From the NCBI GenBank assembly GCA_034670305.1, contig JAXMNT010000019.1, positions 64,001 to 128,000 of the forward strand: DNA of 64,000 nucleotides. Reading direction: 5' to 3'. Positions 1-9,598 of this stretch are shown here, piece after piece; the first letter of the stretch is position 1; every line of letters begins with the position of its first letter. The translations under genes were made by a program, and so were the position numbers. This DNA is from Deltaproteobacteria bacterium (lineage in GTDB: Bacteria; Myxococcota_A; Polyangia; Polyangiales; Houyiibacteriaceae). Under the pieces are notes generated by a model. The model was not told the origin of the DNA. It was given only the letters and a program-made list of their open reading frames with translations, and made no database searches.

Positions 1-1
1 G

Positions 2-577
2 ATCCATCGGAACGAGCTCAACCACGAGCAGCTGCAGCGCTGTGCACTCCGGGCGCTGCGGGGTGCGAACTTCGAGATGGTCCGGCCGCCGGGTTCGGCG
101 TTCGTCACCCTCACGTTCAACAACACCGCCGCCGAAGGCGTTGGCCGGACCCGGGCGCTCCGGGCCGAAGAAGACCACGCGACCATCACGCGAAACGCGG
201 ACGGCCACATGACGACCAGCGGCGGCACCGAGATCGGTGAAGTGCGGTTTCGGCTCGAGGGCAACGAGCGCACGACCGAAGCGCAGATCCAAGCGGTGCA
301 CAGCGCACTGCGCACCGCCATCCCCACGTTCCTCGACTGCCGGCGCAAAGCGGCCCGGCGCGAGTCGCCCTACGGTGAGGTGCAAATCGATCTCGTCATC
401 CGGCGCGGACGTGCGCAGGCGCGCACCCGTCGATCCACGGTGGCGGACGACCGGGGGCAACGCTGCCTGACCCGAGGGCTACAACGCACCCGGTTCGGCA
501 ACGAAGCCAACGGTCGCATTCGTCTGGTGGTCGAGTTCCGCCCGCGCCCCGGCGACATCGCCCCGCCGCCCCGCTGA
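2..577 (+). CDS. 5'-truncated protein with AgmX/PglI C-terminal-like domains
   Basis: The frame is open from the window edge (IHRNELNHEQLQRCALRALRGANF...). It has two segments of the C-hydrophobic-helix-F..beta pattern (QRCALRALRGANF; QRCLTRGLQRTRF) typical of this myxobacterial domain. Confidence 0.55.
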   Translation: MHRNELNHEQLQRCALRALRGANFEMVRPPGSAFVTLTFNNTAAEGVGRTRALRAEEDHATITRNADGHMTTSGGTEIGEVRFRLEGNERTTEAQIQAVHSALRTAIPTFLDCRRKAARRESPYGEVQIDLVIRRGRAQARTRRSTVADDRGQRCLTRGLQRTRFGNEANGRIRLVVEFRPRPGDIAPPPR

Positions 578-618
578 CGGGGCAGCACGGCGCTTCGACG
601 GCTGCTACAACCGGCGCG

Positions 619-1827
619 ATGACGCGCACCATTCGTTTGGATCAGCAGGACTCCTGGCTCCGCACGTTCGAGGCCACCGTGGTGGCGACCGAGTCGGTGC
701 CGCGGCCTTCCGGCCTGAAGAAGGGCACGGTGTACGACGGTCCGACCGCCGCCGTGATCCTAGACCAGAGTGCGTTCTACCCGGAGTCCGGCGGACAGAA
801 GGGCGACCACGGCGTACTGCGGTGGAGCGATGGAGAGGTGGACGTCGTCGACACACAGATCGACGAACACGGCCGAGTCCTGCATCTCGTGGGCGACTCG
901 GTACCAGAGGGGGTCGCGGTGCACGGCGTGCTCGATGCCGCACGGCGCCGCGCCCACATGTCGCTGCACACTGGGCAGCACATGCTCAGCCGCGCGCTCC
1001 TGGACGAAGGCGGGGTCACGGTCTCCTCTCGGCTCGGCGCCGAAGCCACCATCGATCTGGACCGGGAGCTCACCGAAGATCAGATCCGGTCCGCCGAGCG
1101 CCGCGTGCAAGACGCGATCGACGCCGACGGCGATGTGCGGGTGCTCTACCCGACCGACGCGGAGCTCGCCGCGATGAAACTCCGGCGCACCGTCAAAGTC
1201 GACGACGGAGTCCGGGTCATCGAGGTCGACGGCTTCGATCTCACGCCCTGCGGCGGAACCCACTGCACCCGCACCGCGCAGGTCGGGGTGATGCGGGTGC
1301 TCGAGTGGCAACGCAAGAAGGGCGGCATGCGGCTCGTGTTCGCCGCCGGACCACGCGCGCGTGACGTGCTCGTCGAGCGCAGCGCCGTGCTCGAAGCGCT
1401 CGCGTCGGAGTTCACCTGCGGTCCCACGGACGTGTCGGCGGCGGTGGCCAAACTGCAGCGCAGCTTGCAGCGCACCCGAGAGATCCTCGGCCTCACCCGC
1501 AACGCGTGGGCCCGCGCGCTCGCGGAGTTGCTCCACGACGAACGCGATGTCGTCCGCACGTTCGACGACGTCGACGTCGACGCCGTGCGCGCGCTCGCGG
1601 TGCTGCTCACGCGCGAAGGCGACCGCCTCGTCGTGCTCGCCGCCCGCACCGACCAAGCCCTCTCGGTCATCGTCTCCCGCGGCCCCACCCGCGACGACAC
1701 CCACGCCGGCCAACTCCTCGGCGCGCTGGCGAAAGCCTCTGGCGGCAAAGGCGGTGGCCGCCCCGAACGCGCCGAAGGCCGCCTCCCCGCGGACGCCGAT
1801 CTCGCCGCGTTGATGTCCGCGCTGTAG
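619..1827 (+). CDS. Alanyl-tRNA editing protein (AlaX-type, with C-terminal DHHA1-like domain)
   Basis: FYPESGGQ motif, zinc ligands HTGQH and CGGTH, and a C-terminal GGKGGG motif. Confidence 0.9.
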   Translation: MTRTIRLDQQDSWLRTFEATVVATESVPRPSGLKKGTVYDGPTAAVILDQSAFYPESGGQKGDHGVLRWSDGEVDVVDTQIDEHGRVLHLVGDSVPEGVAVHGVLDAARRRAHMSLHTGQHMLSRALLDEGGVTVSSRLGAEATIDLDRELTEDQIRSAERRVQDAIDADGDVRVLYPTDAELAAMKLRRTVKVDDGVRVIEVDGFDLTPCGGTHCTRTAQVGVMRVLEWQRKKGGMRLVFAAGPRARDVLVERSAVLEALASEFTCGPTDVSAAVAKLQRSLQRTREILGLTRNAWARALAELLHDERDVVRTFDDVDVDAVRALAVLLTREGDRLVVLAARTDQALSVIVSRGPTRDDTHAGQLLGALAKASGGKGGGRPERAEGRLPADADLAALMSAL

Positions 1828-1847
1828 TTCGGAGCGGCCGACAAACC

Positions 1848-2176
1848 ACGGGCACGGGCACGGTCGGCTTCGGCTTCGGCGTCGGCTTCGGCGTCGGCGT
1901 CGGCATCGGCGTCGGCTTCGGCCTCGGCGTCGGCTTCGGCGTCGGCGTCGGCTTCGGCTTCGGCGTCGGCGTCGGCGTCGGCGTCGGCTTCGGCTTCGGC
2001 TTCGGCTTCGGCGTCGGCTTCGGCGTCGGCTTCGGCTTCGGCGTCGGCGTCGGCTTCGGCGTCGGCATCGGCGTCGGCATCGGCTTCGGATTCAGTCGGA
2101 TTCAGTCGGGTTCAGGCCAGGAGCAACACAACCCCCGAGGGCAAGGGCAAGGGCATGGGCACGGGCAAGGGCACCG
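1848..2176. repeat. Composite intergenic microsatellite: (GGCTTC/GGCGTC/GGCATC)n, short core, then (GGGCAA/GGGCAC)n
   Basis: A 6-bp periodic tract is visible at ~1864-2090 and a GGGCAM tract at ~2138-2175, between convergent genes. Confidence 0.95.
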
Positions 2177-2183
2177 GCCCGTG

Positions 2184-4658
2184 CTACGCCGGCGGTTCGG
2201 TCAGGGCCACGCGTTCCACCCGAGTGTCCGGCGAGAGGAAGTAGCCGGCGTCGTCCCGACACAGGATGCCTTCGAGGCCTCGTTTGCGGAGCTTGCTGAG
2301 GGTGACGTGGATGCGGTTGCGCGCGGCATCTCTCCGGATGCGTTCGCCCGGCCACGCGACTTCACGCAGCGCCTCCATGTCGAGCCGTTCCCCGGATCCA
2401 CCCAGCGACACGAGCGCATCGAGCATGCGGCGCTGACTGAGGTGGCGTCGCAGGTCCGACCATGCGCCGGTTGGCAGCCGGATGCACCGGGCTTCGATCC
2501 CGACCAGCATCGCGTCCGACGGGAACGCCGAGAGGCTCGACCCATCGAGCGCGCCCAGCGCACGCTCCAGCAGCCGCCGCGCGGTGCGCGCGTCATCCGA
2601 GAACGACGGTTCGCCCGCCTCGTCCATCCGGCGACGCGCGTCGTCGGTCCAGCGCGCCCGTTCATCGTCCGAAGCCGCAGCCCGCGCGCGGGCGAGCGAC
2701 AACCACGCGCGGTGCAGCCGCACGAGCGCGTCGAGGAGTGGATCGCTGCACCCGAACGCGCGACGCGCGGCCTCTTCGAGGTCGGTCTCGGCGTCGTGCA
2801 CCGCATCCAAAGAGGCGTGGGCCGCGGCACGCCGGCACAGGCCGAGCACGGTGGAGCGCTGGTCCCCCATCCGGCGCAGGTGGGGCAAGGCCTGGTCGTG
2901 GAGCGCGCACGCGGCTTCGGCTTCGTTCAGTTCGAGGCGAAGCGTGCCGAGGTTGCTCTGATGAATGCTCGCGAGGTGCCGCGCGCTGGCCGCGTCGAGA
3001 TCCTCGAGCGCGCGTTGGAAGCTGCCCTCCGCGAGCACGAGGTCGCCCCGCTCCTGTTGAAGCAACGCGAGGTTGGCGCGGACCGCGCCGAGTGAGCGCT
3101 GGTTGCCGCCGAGCGCCGCGAGCGCCCGCTCGTACCACCGCTCTGCGTCGTCGAGATCTCCTCGGTCGTGCGCCACGGCGCCAAGGTTCGCCAGGACCCG
3201 TCCCTGGGTGAACGCCGTGTCTCGGGCTGGGCCGAGTTCGAGCACCTGCTCGTACTGCGCCGCCGCGGCGTCCAGGTCGCGCTGGGCGTGGGACGCGAGC
3301 GCGCTTTGGAACCAGAGCTCCACCCGCGACGCGTCGTCGAGCCGTCCGCCCAAGTTGTCGAGGGTCGCGCGCACCATCTCGCGGGCCGCTTCGAACCGCC
3401 CGACCATGCGCAGACCCTCCGCGCGCGCCACGTCGAGGGCGGCCGCGAGGTCGACCGCGAGTTCTGATCGGTCGACCCCTTCGGTGAGCACGAGGATCTG
3501 CTCCGCGGGCCCGGCCGACCGGAGCACACTGCACGCCCGCAGCCGGACCCGAACCTGAGCCTCGAGACTCAGCGCTGTGGAGCCGGCATCGACGCGCCCG
3601 GCGACGTGGAGCACGTCGGACTCGTCCGCGGACGCGTCCTCGGCCACGCGCAGGTCGAGGCGGGCCATCGCGGCGGCGTGGTCCGACGCCCGCTCGGCCC
3701 GCGCGAACTCGCGAACCGCGTCGAAGAGCCGGAGGCGGCCGTCGACGAGTCGGATGAACGATCGGTCGACGAGCGACTGGAGCACGTCGCGCACCGTGCC
3801 TTGCGCCGGCTCGGTGAGGATGGCTTCGGCATCCACCGGGTCGAAGGCGTCTCGAAAGACGGACGCCTCCGACAGCGCGACCTTGGCTTGCTCGGTCAAC
3901 AGATCCCAGGACCACGCGATCGCACGCTGCAAGGTCGTGTGGCGCTGCGCGCCGTCGCGGTAGCCGCCCCGCAGCAGCGCGAGCCGCCCTTCCCCGTCGA
4001 GCGCGCCGCCCAGCAGAGACGCGCGCGCGGCCGCGAGTTCGATCGCAAGCGGAATGCCCTCGACCCAGCGCAGCAGCGCGAGTTTTCGCTCCTCGTCGAG
4101 TACGACGCCCGTCTGAGCGGCCAACCGTTCTTCGAGCAGTGCGTAGGCTTCCGAGCCCGCGCCTTGTTCGCTGGAGAGGGGTTCGAGCACCAGCAGGCGT
4201 TCGTGGCGCAAGCGCAGCCGTTCCCGACTGGTCACGAGCAAACGAACCTCCGGCGCGTGCACGCGCAGGTCCGCCACGAAGGACGCCACGAACTCGATCG
4301 CGTGATCCGCGTCGTCGAGCCAGAGCACCATCTGTCCGCGCGCCGCGAGCGCTCGGGTGACGTCCGCTTCGGTGGCGCCGGCGAGATCCAGCGCTCGCGC
4401 GATCTTCGCGATGCACCCCGCTTCGTCGCGCTCGTTGGCCATCGCGGCCACGGCCGACTCGCCAGACCAGCGCGCGCACAACTCCTCTGCCAACCGCGAC
4501 TTGCCGATGCCGGCGGTGCCGACGATCGTGATCGGCAAGGGTTGGCTCAACCACGCCTCGAGCTCCTCGAGTTCCTGGGCACGGCCCACGAACCGGGACC
4601 CCTCCGTGCCCACGTCGAGCGATGGCACCGGCCCGCTCCCCACAGCCGAGGTCGTCAT
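2184..4658 (-). CDS. STAND-type regulator: P-loop ATPase, TPR repeats, C-terminal winged-helix domain
   Basis: FVGR..EL and Walker A GTAGIGKS; LWLDDAD; GIPLAIELAA; TPR-like repeats; C-terminal 'LREVAWPGE...NRIHVTLSKLRK...GYFL'. Confidence 0.85.
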   Translation of the reverse strand: MTTSAVGSGPVPSLDVGTEGSRFVGRAQELEELEAWLSQPLPITIVGTAGIGKSRLAEELCARWSGESAVAAMANERDEAGCIAKIARALDLAGATEADVTRALAARGQMVLWLDDADHAIEFVASFVADLRVHAPEVRLLVTSRERLRLRHERLLVLEPLSSEQGAGSEAYALLEERLAAQTGVVLDEERKLALLRWVEGIPLAIELAAARASLLGGALDGEGRLALLRGGYRDGAQRHTTLQRAIAWSWDLLTEQAKVALSEASVFRDAFDPVDAEAILTEPAQGTVRDVLQSLVDRSFIRLVDGRLRLFDAVREFARAERASDHAAAMARLDLRVAEDASADESDVLHVAGRVDAGSTALSLEAQVRVRLRACSVLRSAGPAEQILVLTEGVDRSELAVDLAAALDVARAEGLRMVGRFEAAREMVRATLDNLGGRLDDASRVELWFQSALASHAQRDLDAAAAQYEQVLELGPARDTAFTQGRVLANLGAVAHDRGDLDDAERWYERALAALGGNQRSLGAVRANLALLQQERGDLVLAEGSFQRALEDLDAASARHLASIHQSNLGTLRLELNEAEAACALHDQALPHLRRMGDQRSTVLGLCRRAAAHASLDAVHDAETDLEEAARRAFGCSDPLLDALVRLHRAWLSLARARAAASDDERARWTDDARRRMDEAGEPSFSDDARTARRLLERALGALDGSSLSAFPSDAMLVGIEARCIRLPTGAWSDLRRHLSQRRMLDALVSLGGSGERLDMEALREVAWPGERIRRDAARNRIHVTLSKLRKRGLEGILCRDDAGYFLSPDTRVERVALTEPPA

Positions 4659-5258
4659 CTAGCGCGCAGCGACGCGCTGCAAACGGACTTCGCGCGGGCC
4701 CGTGTCGTCGGTGAACGAAACATCGACTCCGTCACCCAACGTCGCCACCGGCCGAATCGGCGTCACCTGGAAGAACGGTCCAGTCTCCGCACAGAAGTGG
4801 GCACCTTGGGTGCGAATGCCAGCGGATGTGGTGATCGCCACCAGCGCGGTGCGGCAGTCGCCCTCTTCCGCGAGAAAGATGCCTGCTTCGCTCTCGTCGG
4901 TCCGCGCGAGCACCGGCGTCTGGGTGCCGCCAAGCGTCTCTAGTTGTCCCGAGATGTCCGCGTCGCGGACCTGCATCTCGAGGCGGGAGGTCGGGTGGTC
5001 CGTCACCGAGATCTCGTGGGCGTCCGTGAGCGTGCCGCGGAACCACGCGGTGTTGGAGTCGAGCACGCTCTCGTCGCCGCACGTGTACGCGACGAACGCA
5101 TCCCCCTCGACGAGCACCGCCATCACCAGACCGGACGCGACGCCCGCGTAGACCGCCGGCCCTTCGTCGGTCGGGTTGCTGCAAGCAGGCAGCGCGACGG
5201 AGGTCGCGACGAGCGCCACCACCGCCACCGCCAGGTTGGTCCACCATCGTTCCCACAT
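4659..5258 (-). CDS. Hypothetical lipoprotein
   Basis: Hydrophobic signal with an LPAC lipobox; abuts the regulator start directly. Confidence 0.7.
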   Translation of the reverse strand: MWERWWTNLAVAVVALVATSVALPACSNPTDEGPAVYAGVASGLVMAVLVEGDAFVAYTCGDESVLDSNTAWFRGTLTDAHEISVTDHPTSRLEMQVRDADISGQLETLGGTQTPVLARTDESEAGIFLAEEGDCRTALVAITTSAGIRTQGAHFCAETGPFFQVTPIRPVATLGDGVDVSFTDDTGPREVRLQRVAAR

Positions 5259-5466
5259 GCCGCCAACCTATCAGTCAACTTCGAACCGGTGCCAGTGAAG
5301 ACCACCGCGCGCTCGTCGTGTCGAGCACCTTCGCCGAGGACATCCGAGGCCGGAGACCGAGGCAAGCCACGAAGACCGCAGCGAATCTCCCCGAACCCGC
5401 GGTCTTCGCGGATTAAGCGCTGAATAAGCGGAGCGTCATCCGGGCCTGACGCAGGCTGTCTGGACC

Positions 5467-7869
5467 ATGAATGGCTTTCGATCACGCGCTGGGCTCGTAC
5501 TTCTGATTTCGTTTGCGCTCGCTTGCGGCGACGACGACGGCATGACCGCCGACACTGGTCCGGGGGAGGACACCGGAGGGGGCGTAGATGCGCCGCCCAC
5601 CGACGACACGGGAGATGTAGACGCTGGCGGGGAAAGTGGCGTGGCCGCTGGACCCGGGCGGGGCGCGTCGATCGCCGTCGACGACGCGAACACCACCATT
5701 GCGGCCGCCAACAAGGCGACCGACGACGTCACGTTCTTCGATGTGGCCACCCTCACCGAACGCGCCCGCGTCTCGGTCGGGGACGAACCGAGCCTCGTCG
5801 TCTTCCACCCGGACGGGGAACGCGCGTTTGTCGTCAACCGCGGAGACGGCACCGTCTCCGAGATCACCGGCGTCACGGGCGACGCCCCTTCGGTGGCACG
5901 GACCATCGACGTCGGTCCCGAACTCGTCGGCGCGGCGCTCTCCCCCACCGGCGCGACGCTCTACGTCTCCAGTTGGACCGCCGGAACGGTGTTCTTGCTC
6001 GACACCAACGCGGGCAGCGTCTCCAGCGTGGACGTCGGCGGCGCACCGTACGCGGTCTGCGTCACGAACGACCTCGACGACGAAGACGGCGACGAGACCG
6101 TGTACGTCACCGACTTCTACGCGCGCGCCGTCGCCGGCCAGAAAGAAGCGGTCGACGGTTCACGTGAAGGCCGCGTCTTCCGGCTCGACGCAGCGGGCGC
6201 GGTCCAAGGCGAAACGCGGCTGTCGCCTGTGATGGTGACCGGCATCGAAGCCGCCATCGACGCGGCCGGCACGAGCGCGTTCCCGAACCAGCTCTACGCC
6301 TGCGACATCGCGAACGATCACCTCCACGTGACCTCGGTCGGCGCGTCGCCTGCAGCCTTCGAAGGCGGCACGGACTTCCGCCAGAACGTGCACGGCCTCG
6401 TGCACGCGGTCTCTCTGGCCAGCAACGCCGAAGTCGCGGAGCGCACGGTGAACCTGAGCCAGCTGGTCGCCGCCCTCCCGGGCGAGAAACGTTTCGTCGC
6501 GATGCCGATCAGCATGGCCTTCGTGCGCGGCACCCCATTCGGCTACATCGCCTCGCTCGGCTCGAACTCGGTGCTCCGAGTCTCCTACGAGGCGACCCCG
6601 CCGGTCGCGGGTTCTCCGTCCGGCGCCAACTTCCTGGCGACCGACCTCGCGCCGACCGGCATCGCGATCGCGGGCGGCCAGGCGTACACCTACAACCAGG
6701 TCGGACGCTCGATCACCCGCATCGATCTGGCCAGCCAGACCACCACGGACATGTCGGTCGCCTCCGCGCCGCAGCCGACGAGCGCCGCCGAAATCGAAGC
6801 GCTCCGCGGCGAACGTTTCTTCGACACGGGTCTCGCCCGCTGGTCGGCCAATGGCTGGGTCGCGTGCGCCGCCTGTCACCCGTCCGGGACCACCGACAAC
6901 GTGTCTTGGGTCTTCCCCGCTGGGCCCCGCCAGACGGTGGACACCTCCGCAACCTTCGACGAAGGCGGCGGCACGCAGCGCATCCTGAACTGGACCGCGA
7001 TCTTCGATGAAGTCCACGACTTCGAGCTCAACACGCGCGGCGTCGCCGGCGGCGTCGGCGCCATCGTCAGCGACCCCGGTCTCGACGCAGCCAACCGCAT
7101 CAACTTCGTCGGCGCCGGCGGTGTCGGCGACCCGACCAACGGCTTCAACGTCGGATCGGCCGGCGCCATCGCGCGCTCGGGCGCGGTGCCGGACGACTGG
7201 GACTCGATCGAGGCCTACATCCGCACCATCCGCACCCCCACCGCGGCGTCCACCGGAGACGTGGCCGCGGGACGGACAGTCTTCGAGACGGCGCGCTGTC
7301 AGAACTGCCATGGCGGACCGCTCTGGACACTCAGCGAGCGCTACTACACCCCGATTCAAGACGGCGACCTGCGCACCATCACCTTGGCGGAAGCCGGCGT
7401 GGCGGACGTGGGTGCGGTGCGGGCCGACCAGCTGCGCACCACCGACACTTCCGCGATGAACGTCATCGAGAACGACGCGAACGGCCCGCCGCAGCGTCAC
7501 TCCTGCGTGGTGCGCATCGTGGGCACGTTCGACGCGGACGGACCGGGCAACCGGGGCGCGGACGAGACCCGACAGAACGGCGGCAACGCCCAGGGCGTCG
7601 ACGGCTTCAACGTGCCTTCGCTGTTGAACATCGGCCTCGGCGCGCCGTATCTCCACAACGGGGCCGCCGAGTCCTTGGAAGACCTGCTCGACCCGAGCGG
7701 CGACTTCACCACCCATCTGCGCGCGGGCAACCAGGTGTTCGCACCGAGCGCGGAAGACATCGTCAACCTCGCCGCGTTCTTGCGCAGCATCGACGACAGC
7801 ACCGCGACGATCGCGGTGCCGGCCAACCAGCGCTTCTGCCCCGAAGGCGTCGTGCCTCCGACGCCCTGA
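5467..7869 (+). CDS. Lipoprotein with YVTN-type beta-propeller and di-heme cytochrome c peroxidase/MauG-like domain
   Basis: LAC lipobox, propeller repeats (PDGERAFVVN, SPTGATLYVS), two CxxCH motifs (CAACH, CQNCH) and FNVPSL..APYLHNG. Confidence 0.85.
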   Translation: MNGFRSRAGLVLLISFALACGDDDGMTADTGPGEDTGGGVDAPPTDDTGDVDAGGESGVAAGPGRGASIAVDDANTTIAAANKATDDVTFFDVATLTERARVSVGDEPSLVVFHPDGERAFVVNRGDGTVSEITGVTGDAPSVARTIDVGPELVGAALSPTGATLYVSSWTAGTVFLLDTNAGSVSSVDVGGAPYAVCVTNDLDDEDGDETVYVTDFYARAVAGQKEAVDGSREGRVFRLDAAGAVQGETRLSPVMVTGIEAAIDAAGTSAFPNQLYACDIANDHLHVTSVGASPAAFEGGTDFRQNVHGLVHAVSLASNAEVAERTVNLSQLVAALPGEKRFVAMPISMAFVRGTPFGYIASLGSNSVLRVSYEATPPVAGSPSGANFLATDLAPTGIAIAGGQAYTYNQVGRSITRIDLASQTTTDMSVASAPQPTSAAEIEALRGERFFDTGLARWSANGWVACAACHPSGTTDNVSWVFPAGPRQTVDTSATFDEGGGTQRILNWTAIFDEVHDFELNTRGVAGGVGAIVSDPGLDAANRINFVGAGGVGDPTNGFNVGSAGAIARSGAVPDDWDSIEAYIRTIRTPTAASTGDVAAGRTVFETARCQNCHGGPLWTLSERYYTPIQDGDLRTITLAEAGVADVGAVRADQLRTTDTSAMNVIENDANGPPQRHSCVVRIVGTFDADGPGNRGADETRQNGGNAQGVDGFNVPSLLNIGLGAPYLHNGAAESLEDLLDPSGDFTTHLRAGNQVFAPSAEDIVNLAAFLRSIDDSTATIAVPANQRFCPEGVVPPTP

Positions 7870-7889
7870 ACTCCAATCCCTCCTGACCC

Positions 7890-7930
7890 GAAACGGTCGC
7901 CCGCCACCGCGGGCGGCCGTTTCATTTTTT
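7890..7930 (+). terminator. Intrinsic terminator
   Basis: GAAACGGTCGCCCGC-CACC-GCGGGCGGCCGTTTC stem followed by ATTTTTT, ~20 nt after the stop codon. Confidence 0.85.
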
Positions 7931-7996
7931 CTATGGGCCGTGTCTTGGGCGCGGCCCGGTGACGCGAGGTCGAGCCAAGCGAGCAAGCCGCCGTGC

Positions 7997-8160
7997 GGCG
8001 AAGCCGATGCCGATGCCGATGCCGATGCCGATGCCGACGCCGATGCCGATGCCGATGCCGACGCCGACGCCGATGCCGAAGCCGAAGCCGAAGCCGATCC
8101 AGAAGCCGACGCCAATCCCGAAACCAGCCGATGCCGAGGTCCGAAGCCGAAACCGACGCC
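7997..8160. repeat. Hexamer microsatellite (GCCGAT/GCCGAC/GCCGAA)n
   Basis: Same unit family as the other tracts; the only GGCnTC-type tract in the opposite orientation. Confidence 0.95.
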
Positions 8161-8234
8161 GGATCTTCCGACGGGCGGGCGATGACTCACAGGGATGGTT
8201 GACCCCGGTGGTGGGTCCGTGGTCGAAACCGGCC

Positions 8235-8999
8235 ATGAACATCGAAGGCGCGGTCGCGCTGGTGACGGGTGGAGCCTCGGGGCTCGGAGAAGCAACGGTT
8301 CGACGGTTTGTCGGCGCGGGCGGCAAGGCGGTCATCCTCGACATGAACGCCGAACGCGGGGAAGCGATCGCGAAGGAGCTCGGCGACGCGGTCGTGTTCC
8401 AGAAGACCGACGTGACCGACGAAGCCCAGGTGCTCGCGGCCATCGACGCCGCTTCCAAACTCGGCACGCTCCGGGTGGCGGTGAACTGCGCTGGCGTCGG
8501 CTGGGCCGCGCGGACGATCAAACGAGATGGCACCCCGCACGACTACGACCTCTTCAAGAAGGTCATCGCGGTCAACCTCGTCGGCTCCTTCAACGTCATT
8601 CGACTCGCCGCCGGCGCGATGAGCCAGAACGACGCCATCGACGGGGAGCGCGGTGTGCTCATCAGCACGGCATCGATCGCCGCCTTCGACGGACAGATCG
8701 GCCAGGCCGCCTACGCCGCGTCCAAGGGTGGCGTCGTCGGCATGACGCTCCCCATCGCCCGCGACCTCTCCAAGAGCGGCATCCGCGTCATGGTGATCGC
8801 GCCCGGTACCTTCGACACCCCCATGCTCGCCGGCCTGCCCGAAGAGGTCCGCGAGAAGCTGGCCGCGGGCATCCCGAACCCGGCACGCCTCGGCAACCCT
8901 GACGAGTTCGCCGCCCTCGCCTGTCACATCGTCGAGAACGCGTACCTGAACGCGACGGTCATCCGACTCGACGGCGCGCTCCGCATGCCGCCCAAGTAG
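8235..8999 (+). CDS. SDR family 3-hydroxyacyl-CoA dehydrogenase (HSD10-type)
   Basis: [33 protein letters not shown] and C-terminal IRLDGALRM; true start taken as MNIEG. Confidence 0.92.
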   Translation: MNIEGAVALVTGGASGLGEATVRRFVGAGGKAVILDMNAERGEAIAKELGDAVVFQKTDVTDEAQVLAAIDAASKLGTLRVAVNCAGVGWAARTIKRDGTPHDYDLFKKVIAVNLVGSFNVIRLAAGAMSQNDAIDGERGVLISTASIAAFDGQIGQAAYAASKGGVVGMTLPIARDLSKSGIRVMVIAPGTFDTPMLAGLPEEVREKLAAGIPNPARLGNPDEFAALACHIVENAYLNATVIRLDGALRMPPK

Positions 9000-9160
9000 T
9001 GCCCCCCGACCCACGTCGGGTCGGCCTCTGCGCCACCTGCCGCTTCGTGAAGAAGGTGGAGTCCGCCAAAGGCTCCACGTTCTACCGCTGCACCGAGCCC
9101 TCGCTCCCGAAGTACCCCAACCTCCCCGTCGTCGTCTGCCCCGGTTACCTGCGGGGGTGA
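8999..9160 (+). CDS. Small 4-Cys protein (53 aa), not in the ORF track
   Basis: GTG start overlaps the SDR stop. Translation: MPPDPRRVGLCATCRFVKKVESAKGSTFYRCTEPSLPKYPNLPVVVCPGYLRG. Third codon positions are GC-rich. Confidence 0.7.
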   Translation: MPPDPRRVGLCATCRFVKKVESAKGSTFYRCTEPSLPKYPNLPVVVCPGYLRG

Positions 9161-9190
9161 AGCGGGGGTGAAGCGGGGGCGGGCGTCCGA

Positions 9191-9581
9191 GGCAGCGGCA
9201 GCATCAGCGGCAGCGGCAGCGGCAGCGGCAGCGGCAGCGGCAGCGGCAGCATCAGCGGCAGCGGCAGCGGCAGCTACAGCTACAGCGGCTTCGGGCTCGG
9301 GCTCGGCGCCGGCTTCGGCTTCGGGCTCGGCGTCGGCGTCGGCTTCGGCCTCGGCTTCGGCTTCGGCGTCGGGCTCGGCATCGGCTTCGGCTTCGGCTTC
9401 GGCGTCGGCTTCGGCTTCGGCGTCGGCGTCGGCGTCAGCTTCGGCGTCGGCGTCGGCCTCGGCTTCGGCGTCGGCCTCGGCTTAATCGCAACCGGCTTCG
9501 GACCACGGCACGCGCCTCATGCTCTCCTTCGGTTTCGAACGAACCGAGGGCACGGGCACGGGCAAGGGCACGGGCAAGGGA
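9191..9581. repeat. Composite microsatellite: (GGCAGC)n + (GGCTTC/GGCGTC)n, core, then (GGGCAC/GGGCAA)n
   Basis: Directly visible, between convergent genes. Confidence 0.95.
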
Positions 9582-9598
9582 CAGCCGCCCTTGCTTCG

